Assembly: GCA_964416505.1 (NCBI GenBank)
Contig: CAYQEJ010000001.1
Span: forward strand, 146,363-210,362
Direction: 5' to 3'
Source of the DNA: an uncultured Gammaproteobacteria bacterium
Lineage (GTDB): Bacteria > Patescibacteriota > Microgenomatia > Levybacterales > UBA12049
DNA: 64,000 bases
Shown in pieces: positions 8,849-17,379 of this stretch; within the stretch, counting starts at the first letter, position 1; every line of letters begins with the position of its first letter. The position numbers were made by a program, and so were the translations under genes. A model generated the notes under the pieces. It worked only from the letters and a program-made list of their open reading frames with translations, was not told the DNA's origin and did no database searches.

Positions 8849-10243
8849 TTATGAAGCTAGTCTCACAGGCCTTATTTTTTTCTCATTTTTAGGATCCATT
8901 ATGAATCTATTTAAAATTTTGTAAGTATCATAATCAAATCTATATTCTTTTTTTATTTCAGCTAAATCCTCAAATTCATTCTTTACACTTCCCAAATAGC
9001 ACCATTTATCTACTAAATGCGCTTCGTTCTTATCTCCTAATTCTTTTATAATAATTGGTGAATCAAATCTCCAAGGTCTTATTTTCTTATGATAAAACCC
9101 TTCGTCAAACCTAAGATTATATTTCACGCTCGCCTCTTTACCATCACATGCGCCTTTACACTGACCTAAATGAAAATAAAAACAAAGTCCTTTTCCTTTA
9201 TCGAGCCCAAGTAAACGCGGACACAGGGAAAATTCTTTAGCTACGTTATGGAGAAATTCTTTTGTTTGCTTAATTGATTTAAAAACTCCAAGTATATTTT
9301 CTATCTGATCAATATCAATTTCCGATAGTTCACGTATTTCAACAGAATTAAAACCATTTTCATCAATTTTTTTCAGAAGAATAGGCATTTTCCTGGATTC
9401 TCTAAGAAGTCTATTATAAAGCGGCTTTTGTTCTTTTATAAGCGTAGACTCCAGCAAAAGCGCTCCTAGCTCACCCGCTGTCTCAACATACTCAATACTT
9501 CTGACTTCACGGGAAATTTTCATGTCAGTTAGAGAAAGATGGTCATTAGAAAAATGAGACAAAACCCTATCTCTGATATTTATGCTTTTTCCTATATATA
9601 AAACTACCCCATTTTCTCCATAGAAAATGTAAACTCCTGGAGAATCTGGCAAATCATCGAAAAATTCCCCGGGTATGGCAGACGGAAGTGAAGGTTTTTT
9701 TAGAACAATACTTAGCGCCTGTTCAAACAATTCTGGTTTTATTGTTTCTTGTGATTTTTTATAGAATTCCCAAATTACTTTAGCATCATCAAATGCACGA
9801 TGACGATTAACACACTCTATATTAAAGTTTTCAATAATTGAATCTAAGTTATATCTCTTTTGATTTGGATACAAAAGTCTGGCAAGTTTTACAGTACACA
9901 TTTGTTTAGAAGAAAACTTAACCCCGACTCTTTTAAATTCCTGTCTTAAAAATGCGTAATCAAAACGAACATTATGCGCTGCAATTACGCTATCTGAAAA
10001 AAGCTCAAGTAATTTTTCAGAAATATCTTCAAAAAATGGAGAATCTTCGAGCTCCCGGGGATTTATCCCTGTCAAATCCTGAATGAAAGGATCGACATAC
10101 ATTTTTGGGTTTAGAAGTGTTTTGAATTCATTTACTACCTTTCCATCAACAACTTTTAAAACCCCTATTTCTATGATCTTGCCATATCCAGCATTTAATC
10201 CAGTAGTTTCGGTATCAACAAAACAAATCGAGGAAGGGGGCAT
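8849..10243 (-). CDS. DEDDh 3'-5' exonuclease (DnaQ-like) fused to a UvrC/Cho-like GIY-YIG nuclease
   Basis: DTETTG, AHNVRFD and HRAFDDA exonuclease motifs; PGVYIF...LYIGKS..R.RV.SHF; UvrC-type Cys cluster CP...CFY...QCKGAC. Confidence 0.9.
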   Translation of the reverse strand: MPPSSICFVDTETTGLNAGYGKIIEIGVLKVVDGKVVNEFKTLLNPKMYVDPFIQDLTGINPRELEDSPFFEDISEKLLELFSDSVIAAHNVRFDYAFLRQEFKRVGVKFSSKQMCTVKLARLLYPNQKRYNLDSIIENFNIECVNRHRAFDDAKVIWEFYKKSQETIKPELFEQALSIVLKKPSLPSAIPGEFFDDLPDSPGVYIFYGENGVVLYIGKSINIRDRVLSHFSNDHLSLTDMKISREVRSIEYVETAGELGALLLESTLIKEQKPLYNRLLRESRKMPILLKKIDENGFNSVEIRELSEIDIDQIENILGVFKSIKQTKEFLHNVAKEFSLCPRLLGLDKGKGLCFYFHLGQCKGACDGKEASVKYNLRFDEGFYHKKIRPWRFDSPIIIKELGDKNEAHLVDKWCYLGSVKNEFEDLAEIKKEYRFDYDTYKILNRFIMDPKNEKKIRPVRLAS

Positions 10244-10272
10244 AAGTAATTTAGAATATCACTAATATATTT

Positions 10273-11826
10273 CTACTTCAACCCTATTTTTTCTAATAAA
10301 TATTTCTTAAAACTAAATGAACTCTTAAGCTCATATCTTTTACTCCAGCCAATGAGGGATTCATAAACAGAGTCTTTATTCATATTTATGTACATACTTT
10401 TTTCCTTAGAATTTAAATCAGAAATATCAATTATTGGGATTCCACTCACATGCGAAATACTGTCCTTTTCGCTACATATTTCATCCGGTATACAATTTAT
10501 AGCTACTTCTCTCCCATCTTTTGATTGAAGATTTTCAAAATACATGACCAAACTAAGTGGATAAGCTGATCCTCCATTTTTACTTTGCTTATCAAATAGT
10601 GAAAACTTCTGACCGGGATATCTATTTTTTAAATCGTTTATGGGAATGAAAAACGTAGGAATATTTGTATTTTGAATTGCAAAAATTGGGCGAAGCGTTA
10701 TCAAGTTTCCAATTATCAATAGAAAAATAAATATCACAATAATAATTTTTAAAACTCTGTGATTTATAATTTCTAAAATAGCATTAAACCCAAAACTAAC
10801 TAGAACTATTACAAATGGAATAAAATACAGTAAATAAGCTTCTGAACGCTGCGCATGATAAAAACGATTTAATAAAAACAAAACGAAGAAAATAATAAAA
10901 AGTGAAAGAAATTCTCTAGAGATTAATTTTTTATAACTTCCTAAAATAAATGATAATCCGATAAAACCTATGCTTCCTAATCCAATAATTTTATTTCCTC
11001 CAATTACATTTCCCAAAAAATAGCTCATGTCCTGGAAAATAAAAATCTTCCAGCTATTTGGAACATAAATTCTATATTGAGCAATCAGGAAATAATCCAA
11101 AATATTCTTTATATTTGAGAAATTTTGATGTGAGTCCCAATATAAAATTGGCAGCATAAGAATAATAAAACCCAATAGACATGCAAAAACTGCAATGATT
11201 TTTTTTGAAAAATTTATTTTCGCAAAGAATAAAAATGGAATAAAAATAAAAAGGTTTATTGCCTGATAATGAGCATTTAATGCTAGCCCAAGAGAAATTC
11301 CCAATAAAAATGCAAAGATATTTTTTTTCTTTTGAATAAATAAAATGAAAGATAGGAAGATTAGTGCTTCAGAAAAAATAATTAAGGTTGGATTACTAAC
11401 GTTTAATGACCAATTAACTAAAATAAGTGAAGTAGCAGAGAATGCTGTAGTTAAAAGAGCTAATTTTTTTCCTCCCAAATAAAATCCAATCAAAAAGTAA
11501 ACAAAAAGACTAAAAGTTCCTAAGATTAAAAACAAAAACCAAAGACTCGATATTCCAAGTGGAAAAAGTATTAACCCAAGTATTAATATCCAAAAATAAA
11601 TTGGACCAGTTACAAATGGACCAGCTGAAGAGAATGGGCCAATAAGAGGTAAGCTATGTTTTTCAAGTGAAGTAATTGCTATCAGTACATCCCTAGCGTT
11701 ATCTCCACCTATATAAAGATTTTGGAAAAAATGAAATCTCAAAAAGAAACCAATAATTATAAAAATGAATGAAAAGTATATGTATGGATCTGGTTTCCGA
11801 AGAAGGCTTTTAAATCTAGTAAACAT
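10273..11826 (-). CDS. ArnT/GT83-like GT-C membrane glycosyltransferase
   Basis: Multi-pass protein with GD.ARD...PLIGP....G....GPIYF N-terminal loop motif and NP and H.Q motifs. Confidence 0.75.
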   Translation of the reverse strand: MFTRFKSLLRKPDPYIYFSFIFIIIGFFLRFHFFQNLYIGGDNARDVLIAITSLEKHSLPLIGPFSSAGPFVTGPIYFWILILGLILFPLGISSLWFLFLILGTFSLFVYFLIGFYLGGKKLALLTTAFSATSLILVNWSLNVSNPTLIIFSEALIFLSFILFIQKKKNIFAFLLGISLGLALNAHYQAINLFIFIPFLFFAKINFSKKIIAVFACLLGFIILMLPILYWDSHQNFSNIKNILDYFLIAQYRIYVPNSWKIFIFQDMSYFLGNVIGGNKIIGLGSIGFIGLSFILGSYKKLISREFLSLFIIFFVLFLLNRFYHAQRSEAYLLYFIPFVIVLVSFGFNAILEIINHRVLKIIIVIFIFLLIIGNLITLRPIFAIQNTNIPTFFIPINDLKNRYPGQKFSLFDKQSKNGGSAYPLSLVMYFENLQSKDGREVAINCIPDEICSEKDSISHVSGIPIIDISDLNSKEKSMYINMNKDSVYESLIGWSKRYELKSSFSFKKYLLEKIGLK

Positions 11827-11843
11827 TCAGCCTAATAATTATA

Positions 11844-12272
11844 TCAAGCTTTATTTGCGCAAGAGAGAATAATATCAAAAAGAACTACTTCATTACTTTC
11901 GCTTGGATCAGAAAGAACATCATATCTTATTCCTGCATCTACAAATGAGGCCTGGGTTCCATTTGAGGTAACTGGTGTATTGTGATCGAGAATATCTAAT
12001 TTCGCTTCCCCACTCTCTCCTACAGATAATTCAACAACAGGCAACAACTTATTTGTAAGAGTCTTTCCTCCTCCCAATCTAATAGGATCTCCTTTAACTA
12101 AAGTTCCTTTAAGGGCATAGGCCGAAGCATCATTACCAGAAGCACAATTTAATGGGCTTTGCCCATTTATTTGAGAAGGTCTATATGGCAATCTATCAGC
12201 GGCCATACCAATAGGAATTGAAGCGCCACCTAAAATTGCGGCTAAGGTTAATACAATCTCTCCACGTCTCAT
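11844..12272 (-). CDS. Hypothetical secreted or membrane-anchored protein
   Basis: N-terminal hydrophobic stretch and two Cys residues; canonical promoter immediately upstream. Confidence 0.7.
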   Translation of the reverse strand: MRRGEIVLTLAAILGGASIPIGMAADRLPYRPSQINGQSPLNCASGNDASAYALKGTLVKGDPIRLGGGKTLTNKLLPVVELSVGESGEAKLDILDHNTPVTSNGTQASFVDAGIRYDVLSDPSESNEVVLFDIILSCANKA

Positions 12273-12280
12273 AGCTTCGC

Positions 12281-12354
12281 ATAATAATCCTAATAGCTAT
12301 ATTTGTCAATCCTAATGTCGAGCACTTGACAAGCCTATAAAATAGTATTACGCT
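12281..12354. promoter_or_regulatory. Back-to-back sigma70 promoters
   Basis: Minus strand: TTGACA(12304-12309)-17-TATTAT(12281-12286). Plus strand: TTGACA(12326-12331)-17-TACGCT(12349-12354). Confidence 0.75.
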
Positions 12355-12360
12355 AATTAT

Positions 12361-12495
12361 GTCTGAGTAGTGCACAACTTCAGACTTACCTAAAGTTTAC
12401 TAGTGATTTTTAGGGAAATAAATCTTTACTATCACAAATAGTAAAGCGGTCAAATAAGCAAGAAGGCCTGCCCAAAAAGCGGACCTTTTTGTTTT
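12361..12495 (+). ncRNA. Candidate structured small RNA of unknown family
   Basis: Starts about 7 nt after a -10 box, contains three consecutive hairpins and ends in an intrinsic terminator. It has no ORF longer than a few codons from the promoter-proximal ATG. Confidence 0.55.
12456..12495 (+). terminator. Intrinsic terminator, possibly bidirectional and also serving hflX
   Basis: AAGCAAGAAGGCCTGC-CCAAAAA-GCGGACCTTTTTGTTT(T) stem-loop ending in a U tract; three G-U pairs form only in the plus-strand RNA. Confidence 0.7.
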
Positions 12496-12512
12496 ATATA
12501 CGACTTTTACGT

Positions 12513-13631
12513 TCAGGGTTGGTTTACTCTATTCACAATCTCACCGAATAATTTTTCCAGCCCTACTCCTTCCTTAACCGAAATAAAAACTGGAGAGTAA
12601 GATTTATTCTTTTCTTCTAAAATACTTTTATCTTTATCTGAGATTTTATCAATTTTATTAAATACATATATTACACGCGCTGAGTCAATCCCTAAATCAT
12701 CTAAAATTTCTTCGACTACTTTTATTTTCTCAAAACTCTCCTTGTCTGAAGAATCAATAACATGAAGAATGACATCAGCATTAACTGACTCGAGAAGTGT
12801 AGATTTAAAAGCCTGAATAAGCCTCGGAGGAAGGTTCCTTATAAAACCAATAGTATCTGAAAATAAAACATTTGATGCCAGTTGAGGAATATAGACTTCA
12901 CCAACCACGCTATCCAAAGTTGCAAACAGAACATCTTCTACGAGAACTTCTTTTCCCGTTAATCTGTTAAAAAGATTACTTTTCCCAGCGTTTGTATATC
13001 CGACAATAGAAATTGTCTTATATCCTTCTTTTTTTCTTCTTTCAATTCTTTTCTCACGATCTTCATTTAATTTATTCAGTTCATCATTAACTTTTTTTAT
13101 CTCATTTCTCCAATGCCTTTTCATAAGTTCTGTATTTGTCTCCCCAACCCCAGATGTTCCAATTCCGCCTCCCTGACGAGACATTACTAATCCCATCCCA
13201 TATATACGAGGACCCATATATTTCATTCTTGCTAGTTCAATCTGAAGTTTTGCTTCCTTAGTCTTAGCATGTTTATCAAAAATGTGAAGTATAAGATCAA
13301 CTCTATCGAAAACTTCTATATTTGGATTTGCTTTTTGAAAAGCGGTTTTTAAATTGAAAACTTGTTTTGGCTTTGCTACATTATTTAACACAACTACGTC
13401 AATTTTCTTTTCTTTTACAATCTCAGCTACTTCTAATACTTTACCTTTTCCTATAAAAGTCGCCATGTCTGGATTGTTTAGTTTCTGAACTACTCTATCA
13501 ACTATTTCACCACCCAGGGTGTTTATAAGCGATTCAAGCTCTTCTCCAATATCAATTGATCTTTCTTTATTTGCTCTTGGATTTATAACATGAATAGGAA
13601 GGAACCTAAGTACAAGTTTATTTTCTTTCAT
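12513..13631 (-). CDS. hflX: Ribosome-splitting GTPase HflX (start revised to ATG 13631)
   Basis: IGKGK, DR..LIL.IF..HA.T.EAKLQIELA, GYTNAGKS, LFATLD, DTIGFI and NKID motifs. TG-T-TATAAT (13639-13644) lies 7 nt before ATG 13631. Confidence 0.95.
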   Translation of the reverse strand: MKENKLVLRFLPIHVINPRANKERSIDIGEELESLINTLGGEIVDRVVQKLNNPDMATFIGKGKVLEVAEIVKEKKIDVVVLNNVAKPKQVFNLKTAFQKANPNIEVFDRVDLILHIFDKHAKTKEAKLQIELARMKYMGPRIYGMGLVMSRQGGGIGTSGVGETNTELMKRHWRNEIKKVNDELNKLNEDREKRIERRKKEGYKTISIVGYTNAGKSNLFNRLTGKEVLVEDVLFATLDSVVGEVYIPQLASNVLFSDTIGFIRNLPPRLIQAFKSTLLESVNADVILHVIDSSDKESFEKIKVVEEILDDLGIDSARVIYVFNKIDKISDKDKSILEEKNKSYSPVFISVKEGVGLEKLFGEIVNRVNQP

Positions 13632-13730
13632 GATACTCATTATAACAGCAAGCGAGAACCTCAATTTAACCAAAATATCCTATATTATTTCACGCACAAA
13701 AGCTCAATAGCTTAAAAACTTACATTCAGA

Positions 13731-14144
13731 TCATTGGAGTAATCCAATTAAAAAAGAGGAAAGATAACTTTCTGGCTTACGCTCTCCTGAATGCTGAGAG
13801 TTAAACTGACTGGATCCATCCATTCCACAAATCCCTAGTATCCTATCAGATCCTCCTGGGTGCTCATCAATCCAAGACGTAAGATCATAAACTTTACCAT
13901 TTATACTACTCCAGCAATCTGATCTGGTATTATGTTTTGAAATTTCTGAAAGAGAGAATTTTTTGGATGTGTCCACATTCAACACTGAAGACTGACTATT
14001 ATTTCCTGTTTCGTTCATTTCCAAAGAATCAGAATCATTATCCATATCTCTAGAACTAATTAATTCTGAACCCTTTAAAATAAAACCAACTGATAAAACT
14101 ACTACTAAAAGTGCCGCAACTCCTAAAATTATTTTTTTATTCAT
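13731..14144 (-). CDS. Membrane-anchored cytochrome b5-like heme/steroid-binding protein
   Basis: N-terminal TM helix; HN...DCW..I.GKVYDLT.W...HPGG signature and second His in SQH. Confidence 0.9.
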   Translation of the reverse strand: MNKKIILGVAALLVVVLSVGFILKGSELISSRDMDNDSDSLEMNETGNNSQSSVLNVDTSKKFSLSEISKHNTRSDCWSSINGKVYDLTSWIDEHPGGSDRILGICGMDGSSQFNSQHSGERKPESYLSSFLIGLLQ

Positions 14145-14182
14145 ACAAGCATATTATGCATAAAATCTGAAAATTAGCTGAA

Positions 14183-14869
14183 TTACTTAATTTGTAAGCT
14201 TGAGTTTCGCGATACGTCTAATCCCGGTTGCAAGGACCTATCTAAATCATCAGGCATTATTGCTACATCTTTTTCTTTCCAGCGCATGAAATTCACACCC
14301 ATCCATCTCAATCCACGCCATAAAAACCTATAATCGTCTAAATTATCTCCAGTCCTCAATGTATTTTGAGTAACTTCTCTGTTTTTTATTTTATCAGTAA
14401 ATCTAACTACTTCTCTTTTAAAAGGGTGTTTTCCTAAAGCATCTCTATAATTAAAAATTATCATCGGCTCTTCGCTACCATAACTAAAATAAATGAAATC
14501 AGGATCACCGTTAGAATTATATGCTACATTTAATGCTAATTTTGTTCCGCCTTGAAGTGGTTTATATGCAATTTTAATTCTACGTAAATCTGGTGTTTCA
14601 GCTACTAAATGGTCTGCATACGTCATAATTGCCTGATGGGCTTGTTCTTGGGAGAAAGGAATCGGATGCAAACTATCTGGAGTAATCAAGCTTTCTGGAG
14701 TAGCAACTATAGACCCAACTATCTTACTAGCTTCTTCCAAATCCATTCTTATAACCGGAGATAATTCCGAGGATTGATGTGTGACAGTTAATCCCTTGTC
14801 TACACCATTAGCAGGAGATCCTAGAGGCCGATGTGGAGCTGGTAAATCTTTTCCGGAAACATCCCCCAT
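14183..14869 (-). CDS. Hypothetical protein
   Basis: 228-aa ORF with TATAAT (14876-14881) 6 nt before the ATG. Confidence 0.7.
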   Translation of the reverse strand: MGDVSGKDLPAPHRPLGSPANGVDKGLTVTHQSSELSPVIRMDLEEASKIVGSIVATPESLITPDSLHPIPFSQEQAHQAIMTYADHLVAETPDLRRIKIAYKPLQGGTKLALNVAYNSNGDPDFIYFSYGSEEPMIIFNYRDALGKHPFKREVVRFTDKIKNREVTQNTLRTGDNLDDYRFLWRGLRWMGVNFMRWKEKDVAIMPDDLDRSLQPGLDVSRNSSLQIK

Positions 14870-14936
14870 GGATATATTATACTAGAAATAACATCAAAAA
14901 TTATAAAAATTAACAGTATTCGTGGTTATAGAAGAA

Positions 14937-14978
14937 CTAATTCTTCTGTCTTAGAAATGCGGGGATATCACAAGCTTC
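14937..14978 (-). repeat. Degenerate direct repeat of the last 14 codons of ftsZ (att-like remnant)
   Basis: 35/42 nt identical to 15769-15810. Translates [13 protein letters not shown] versus Fts[14 protein letters not shown]. Confidence 0.9.
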
Positions 14979-15085
14979 AAAGTTTTTTGATTCAATAATT
15001 TACTAAAACCACATAATTAAGTATAGTTTTTAAGGTTACCAGTCAATCATAAAAATCTATTCCTCCAATAGACTATAATAAAAGT

Positions 15086-15745
15086 ATGGATATAAAGCAA
15101 AATATAATTTTCTCCAGTAATCTAAAATCGAACAAAGATGCTACACAAGAAGAAAACGATTCACTTGAAAAAAAAGATACAAGCTACTTGCTTGAGAAGC
15201 TACATATTCAAAGAGAGGAGCTTAGAAAAATAGATGAATTAAAGAAGGCCAGAATAGAAATAAATACTCAGAGAGAGGGATTTGCCAAGTTAGGAAGAGA
15301 TGCTCATATTACTAATCTGGCTACAAAGAAGGAGCTAGATGACCAGACAGTCAGTGACTTAGTGAAAAAATCAAATAGAAGAATCATTACCATCTCCTCC
15401 ACCTTTCCGTGGGATATATTTCCAAACACCATTGTTGTTGAAGAGAGCAGAATAACATTTAAATTCAGTCAATTATTTTCGTCTCAATCACATAGTGTAG
15501 AAATTAAGGATATATCTAATGTCTTTATCGAATCGTCGCTTTTCTTTGCTACACTACAAATAGTCTCACGAACTTATGTTAAAAACGATATCAAGATTGG
15601 CAAGTTGAATAAAAAAAGGGCATTAGCAGTACAAAAGATTATTGAAGGGTTAAGGACTTTCTCCGAACATAATATAAATACCTCTGCATATGAAATTGAA
15701 GAATTAGTATCAAAAATCGGAGAGTTTCACAGCAAATACATCTAA
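15086..15745 (+). CDS. Hypothetical protein with a probable bacterial PH-like C-terminal domain
   Basis: Coiled N-terminus followed by a pattern typical of bacterial PH-like domains (I.VEESRITF...SVEIKDISNV.IESSLFFATLQI). TATAAT (15074-15079) lies 6 nt before the ATG. Confidence 0.65.
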   Translation: MDIKQNIIFSSNLKSNKDATQEENDSLEKKDTSYLLEKLHIQREELRKIDELKKARIEINTQREGFAKLGRDAHITNLATKKELDDQTVSDLVKKSNRRIITISSTFPWDIFPNTIVVEESRITFKFSQLFSSQSHSVEIKDISNVFIESSLFFATLQIVSRTYVKNDIKIGKLNKKRALAVQKIIEGLRTFSEHNINTSAYEIEELVSKIGEFHSKYI

Positions 15746-15768
15746 TTAATGGGATATCCAAACATAAA

Positions 15769-16938
15769 CTAATTCTTCTGCCTTAGAAATGCGGGAATGT
15801 CCCAGACCTCCTCGTCTGTTTCCTGAGCTGGAGGATTATTTGTAGGATTCTGATTTAAGTTTTGGTTTTGATTCTGGTTCTGATTTTCTTCTTGAGGCTG
15901 ATTCGATTGTCCAAAATTCACATTTTGATTTTGATGATAATTTTGATTTATTGGAGGGGCAACAAATTCCCTAAGTGTTTGACGGGCTGAGTCAAAGCCT
16001 GTGGCTATAACCGTAATCTTCATTTGATCTCTCATGGTTTCATCAATTGTGGCTCCAAAGATAATATTTGCATCACTATCTGCCGCTTGAGAAATAATCT
16101 TTGCTGCTTCATCTACCTCATTCATAGTGAGATCGGGTCCACCAATCACGTTGAAAAGAACACCTCTTGCTCCTTCCATGGTAATTTCAAGAAGAGGTGA
16201 AGCTATAGCAGAACGAGCTGCAGCCTGTGCTCTATTTTCTCCAACTCCAGTTCCAATACCCATAAGAGAAGAGCCAGCATTTTGCATAATGGTTCTTACA
16301 TCAGCAAAGTCGACATTGATAAGTCCTGGCATAGTAATAAGATCAGAAATTCCTTGTACTCCCTGAGTGAGAACAGAATCTGCAACTTTAAAAGCTTCAA
16401 GCAAAGACAATTTCTTATCAACTACGTCTAAGATTCTCTGGTTTGGGATAACAATCAAAGTATCAACTTTATCTTTTAAAAGCTCTATTCCTTCTTCAGC
16501 GGATACCATTCGACGAGTTCCCTCGAAAGTAAATGGCTTAGTTACCACAGCGACTGTGAGTGCGCCCACTTCTTTTGCAGCTCTTGCAATTACGGGAGTA
16601 GCACCTGTTCCTGTTCCTCCACCCATTCCTGCAGTTAAAAAGACCATATCAGTTCCATCGAGAATATCTTTTAATTTTTCATATGATTCTTCTGCAGCAT
16701 TTGCTCCTACCTCGGGATTTCCACCGGATCCCAAACCCTTGGTGTATTCTTCACCTATCTGAACTTTAGTAGCTGCTTGATTGAGCAAAAGTGCCTGCGC
16801 ATCAGTATTGACTGATATAAAATCTACACCCTGAATTGAGGATTGAGATATCATGGAGTTAAGGGCATTTCCGCCTCCACCACCTATACCCATCACACGG
16901 ATCTTAGCAAAATTAGTTGTCTGAGGCTTGATGAGCAT
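15769..16938 (-). CDS. ftsZ: Cell division protein FtsZ
   Basis: [25 protein letters not shown] (tubulin signature), INVDFADV and C-terminal DIPAFLR. Confidence 0.99.
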   Translation of the reverse strand: MLIKPQTTNFAKIRVMGIGGGGGNALNSMISQSSIQGVDFISVNTDAQALLLNQAATKVQIGEEYTKGLGSGGNPEVGANAAEESYEKLKDILDGTDMVFLTAGMGGGTGTGATPVIARAAKEVGALTVAVVTKPFTFEGTRRMVSAEEGIELLKDKVDTLIVIPNQRILDVVDKKLSLLEAFKVADSVLTQGVQGISDLITMPGLINVDFADVRTIMQNAGSSLMGIGTGVGENRAQAAARSAIASPLLEITMEGARGVLFNVIGGPDLTMNEVDEAAKIISQAADSDANIIFGATIDETMRDQMKITVIATGFDSARQTLREFVAPPINQNYHQNQNVNFGQSNQPQEENQNQNQNQNLNQNPTNNPPAQETDEEVWDIPAFLRQKN

Positions 16939-16947
16939 AGTCCCGAA

Positions 16948-16976
16948 ATCGTACCAGATGAAAAATCTTTTTGCAA
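16948..16976 (-). promoter_or_regulatory. Dedicated ftsZ promoter
   Basis: TTGCAA(16971-16976)-17-TACGAT(16948-16953), 9 nt before the ftsZ ATG, preceded by TG (extended -10). Confidence 0.6.
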
Positions 16977-17021
16977 GTAGTTAGAAGCCTGCTTAACAAA
17001 TGTTGAATAAATTCAATAAAA

Positions 17022-17378
17022 TTATATTATTAAATTCCCAATAATTAAACCTATAGCAGAAATTATAATTAAATATATCAAGTATGAAATACTATAAAAT
17101 ATTGCTAATTTTAAATATTGATTATTTCTTTTAGCAATTAAGTAATAAAATATTCCTGCTTCTAGTGGAAAATTTAAACCTAGAGCCAGAATAGCGATCG
17201 CAATATTTCTATCCCCAAATATTCCAAGCAAAACACCTAAACTAAAATTAAAAATAAAAGATATTATCAAAAAAACCAATGAATAGTAAAATATATTCTT
17301 AATAAATAATTGCGGATATTTATACTTAATTATTCTTAAAATAATTAAATGTGAAAAAAAAGACAGTATATAATCCAT
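17022..17378 (-). CDS. Small hydrophobic membrane protein between ftsA and ftsZ
   Basis: 118 aa with 3-4 TM helices, very AT-rich; ATG 1 nt after the ftsA stop. Confidence 0.6.
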   Translation of the reverse strand: MDYILSFFSHLIILRIIKYKYPQLFIKNIFYYSLVFLIISFIFNFSLGVLLGIFGDRNIAIAILALGLNFPLEAGIFYYLIAKRNNQYLKLAIFYSISYLIYLIIISAIGLIIGNLII

Positions 17379-17379
17379 T

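Noticed and set aside
12359-12370. Mini-ORF ATG TCT GAG TAG as a leader peptide or attenuator
   Set aside because: Only three codons, the ATG is 4 nt from the -10 box, and there is no downstream plus-strand gene to attenuate.
14167-14182. TTCAG-N6-TTCAG direct repeat (11-nt period) upstream of the cytochrome b5 gene, resembling an OmpR-family box
   Set aside because: Two 5-mers are too short to distinguish from chance, and no regulator is nearby.
14937-15014. Possible micropeptide gene mimicking the FtsZ tail (ATG at 15014 with TATACT just upstream, in frame with the tail copy)
   Set aside because: The frame reads ATG TGG TTT TAG TAA before reaching the tail. Two consecutive stops, both used as real stops elsewhere in the window, so it was not called as a CDS.
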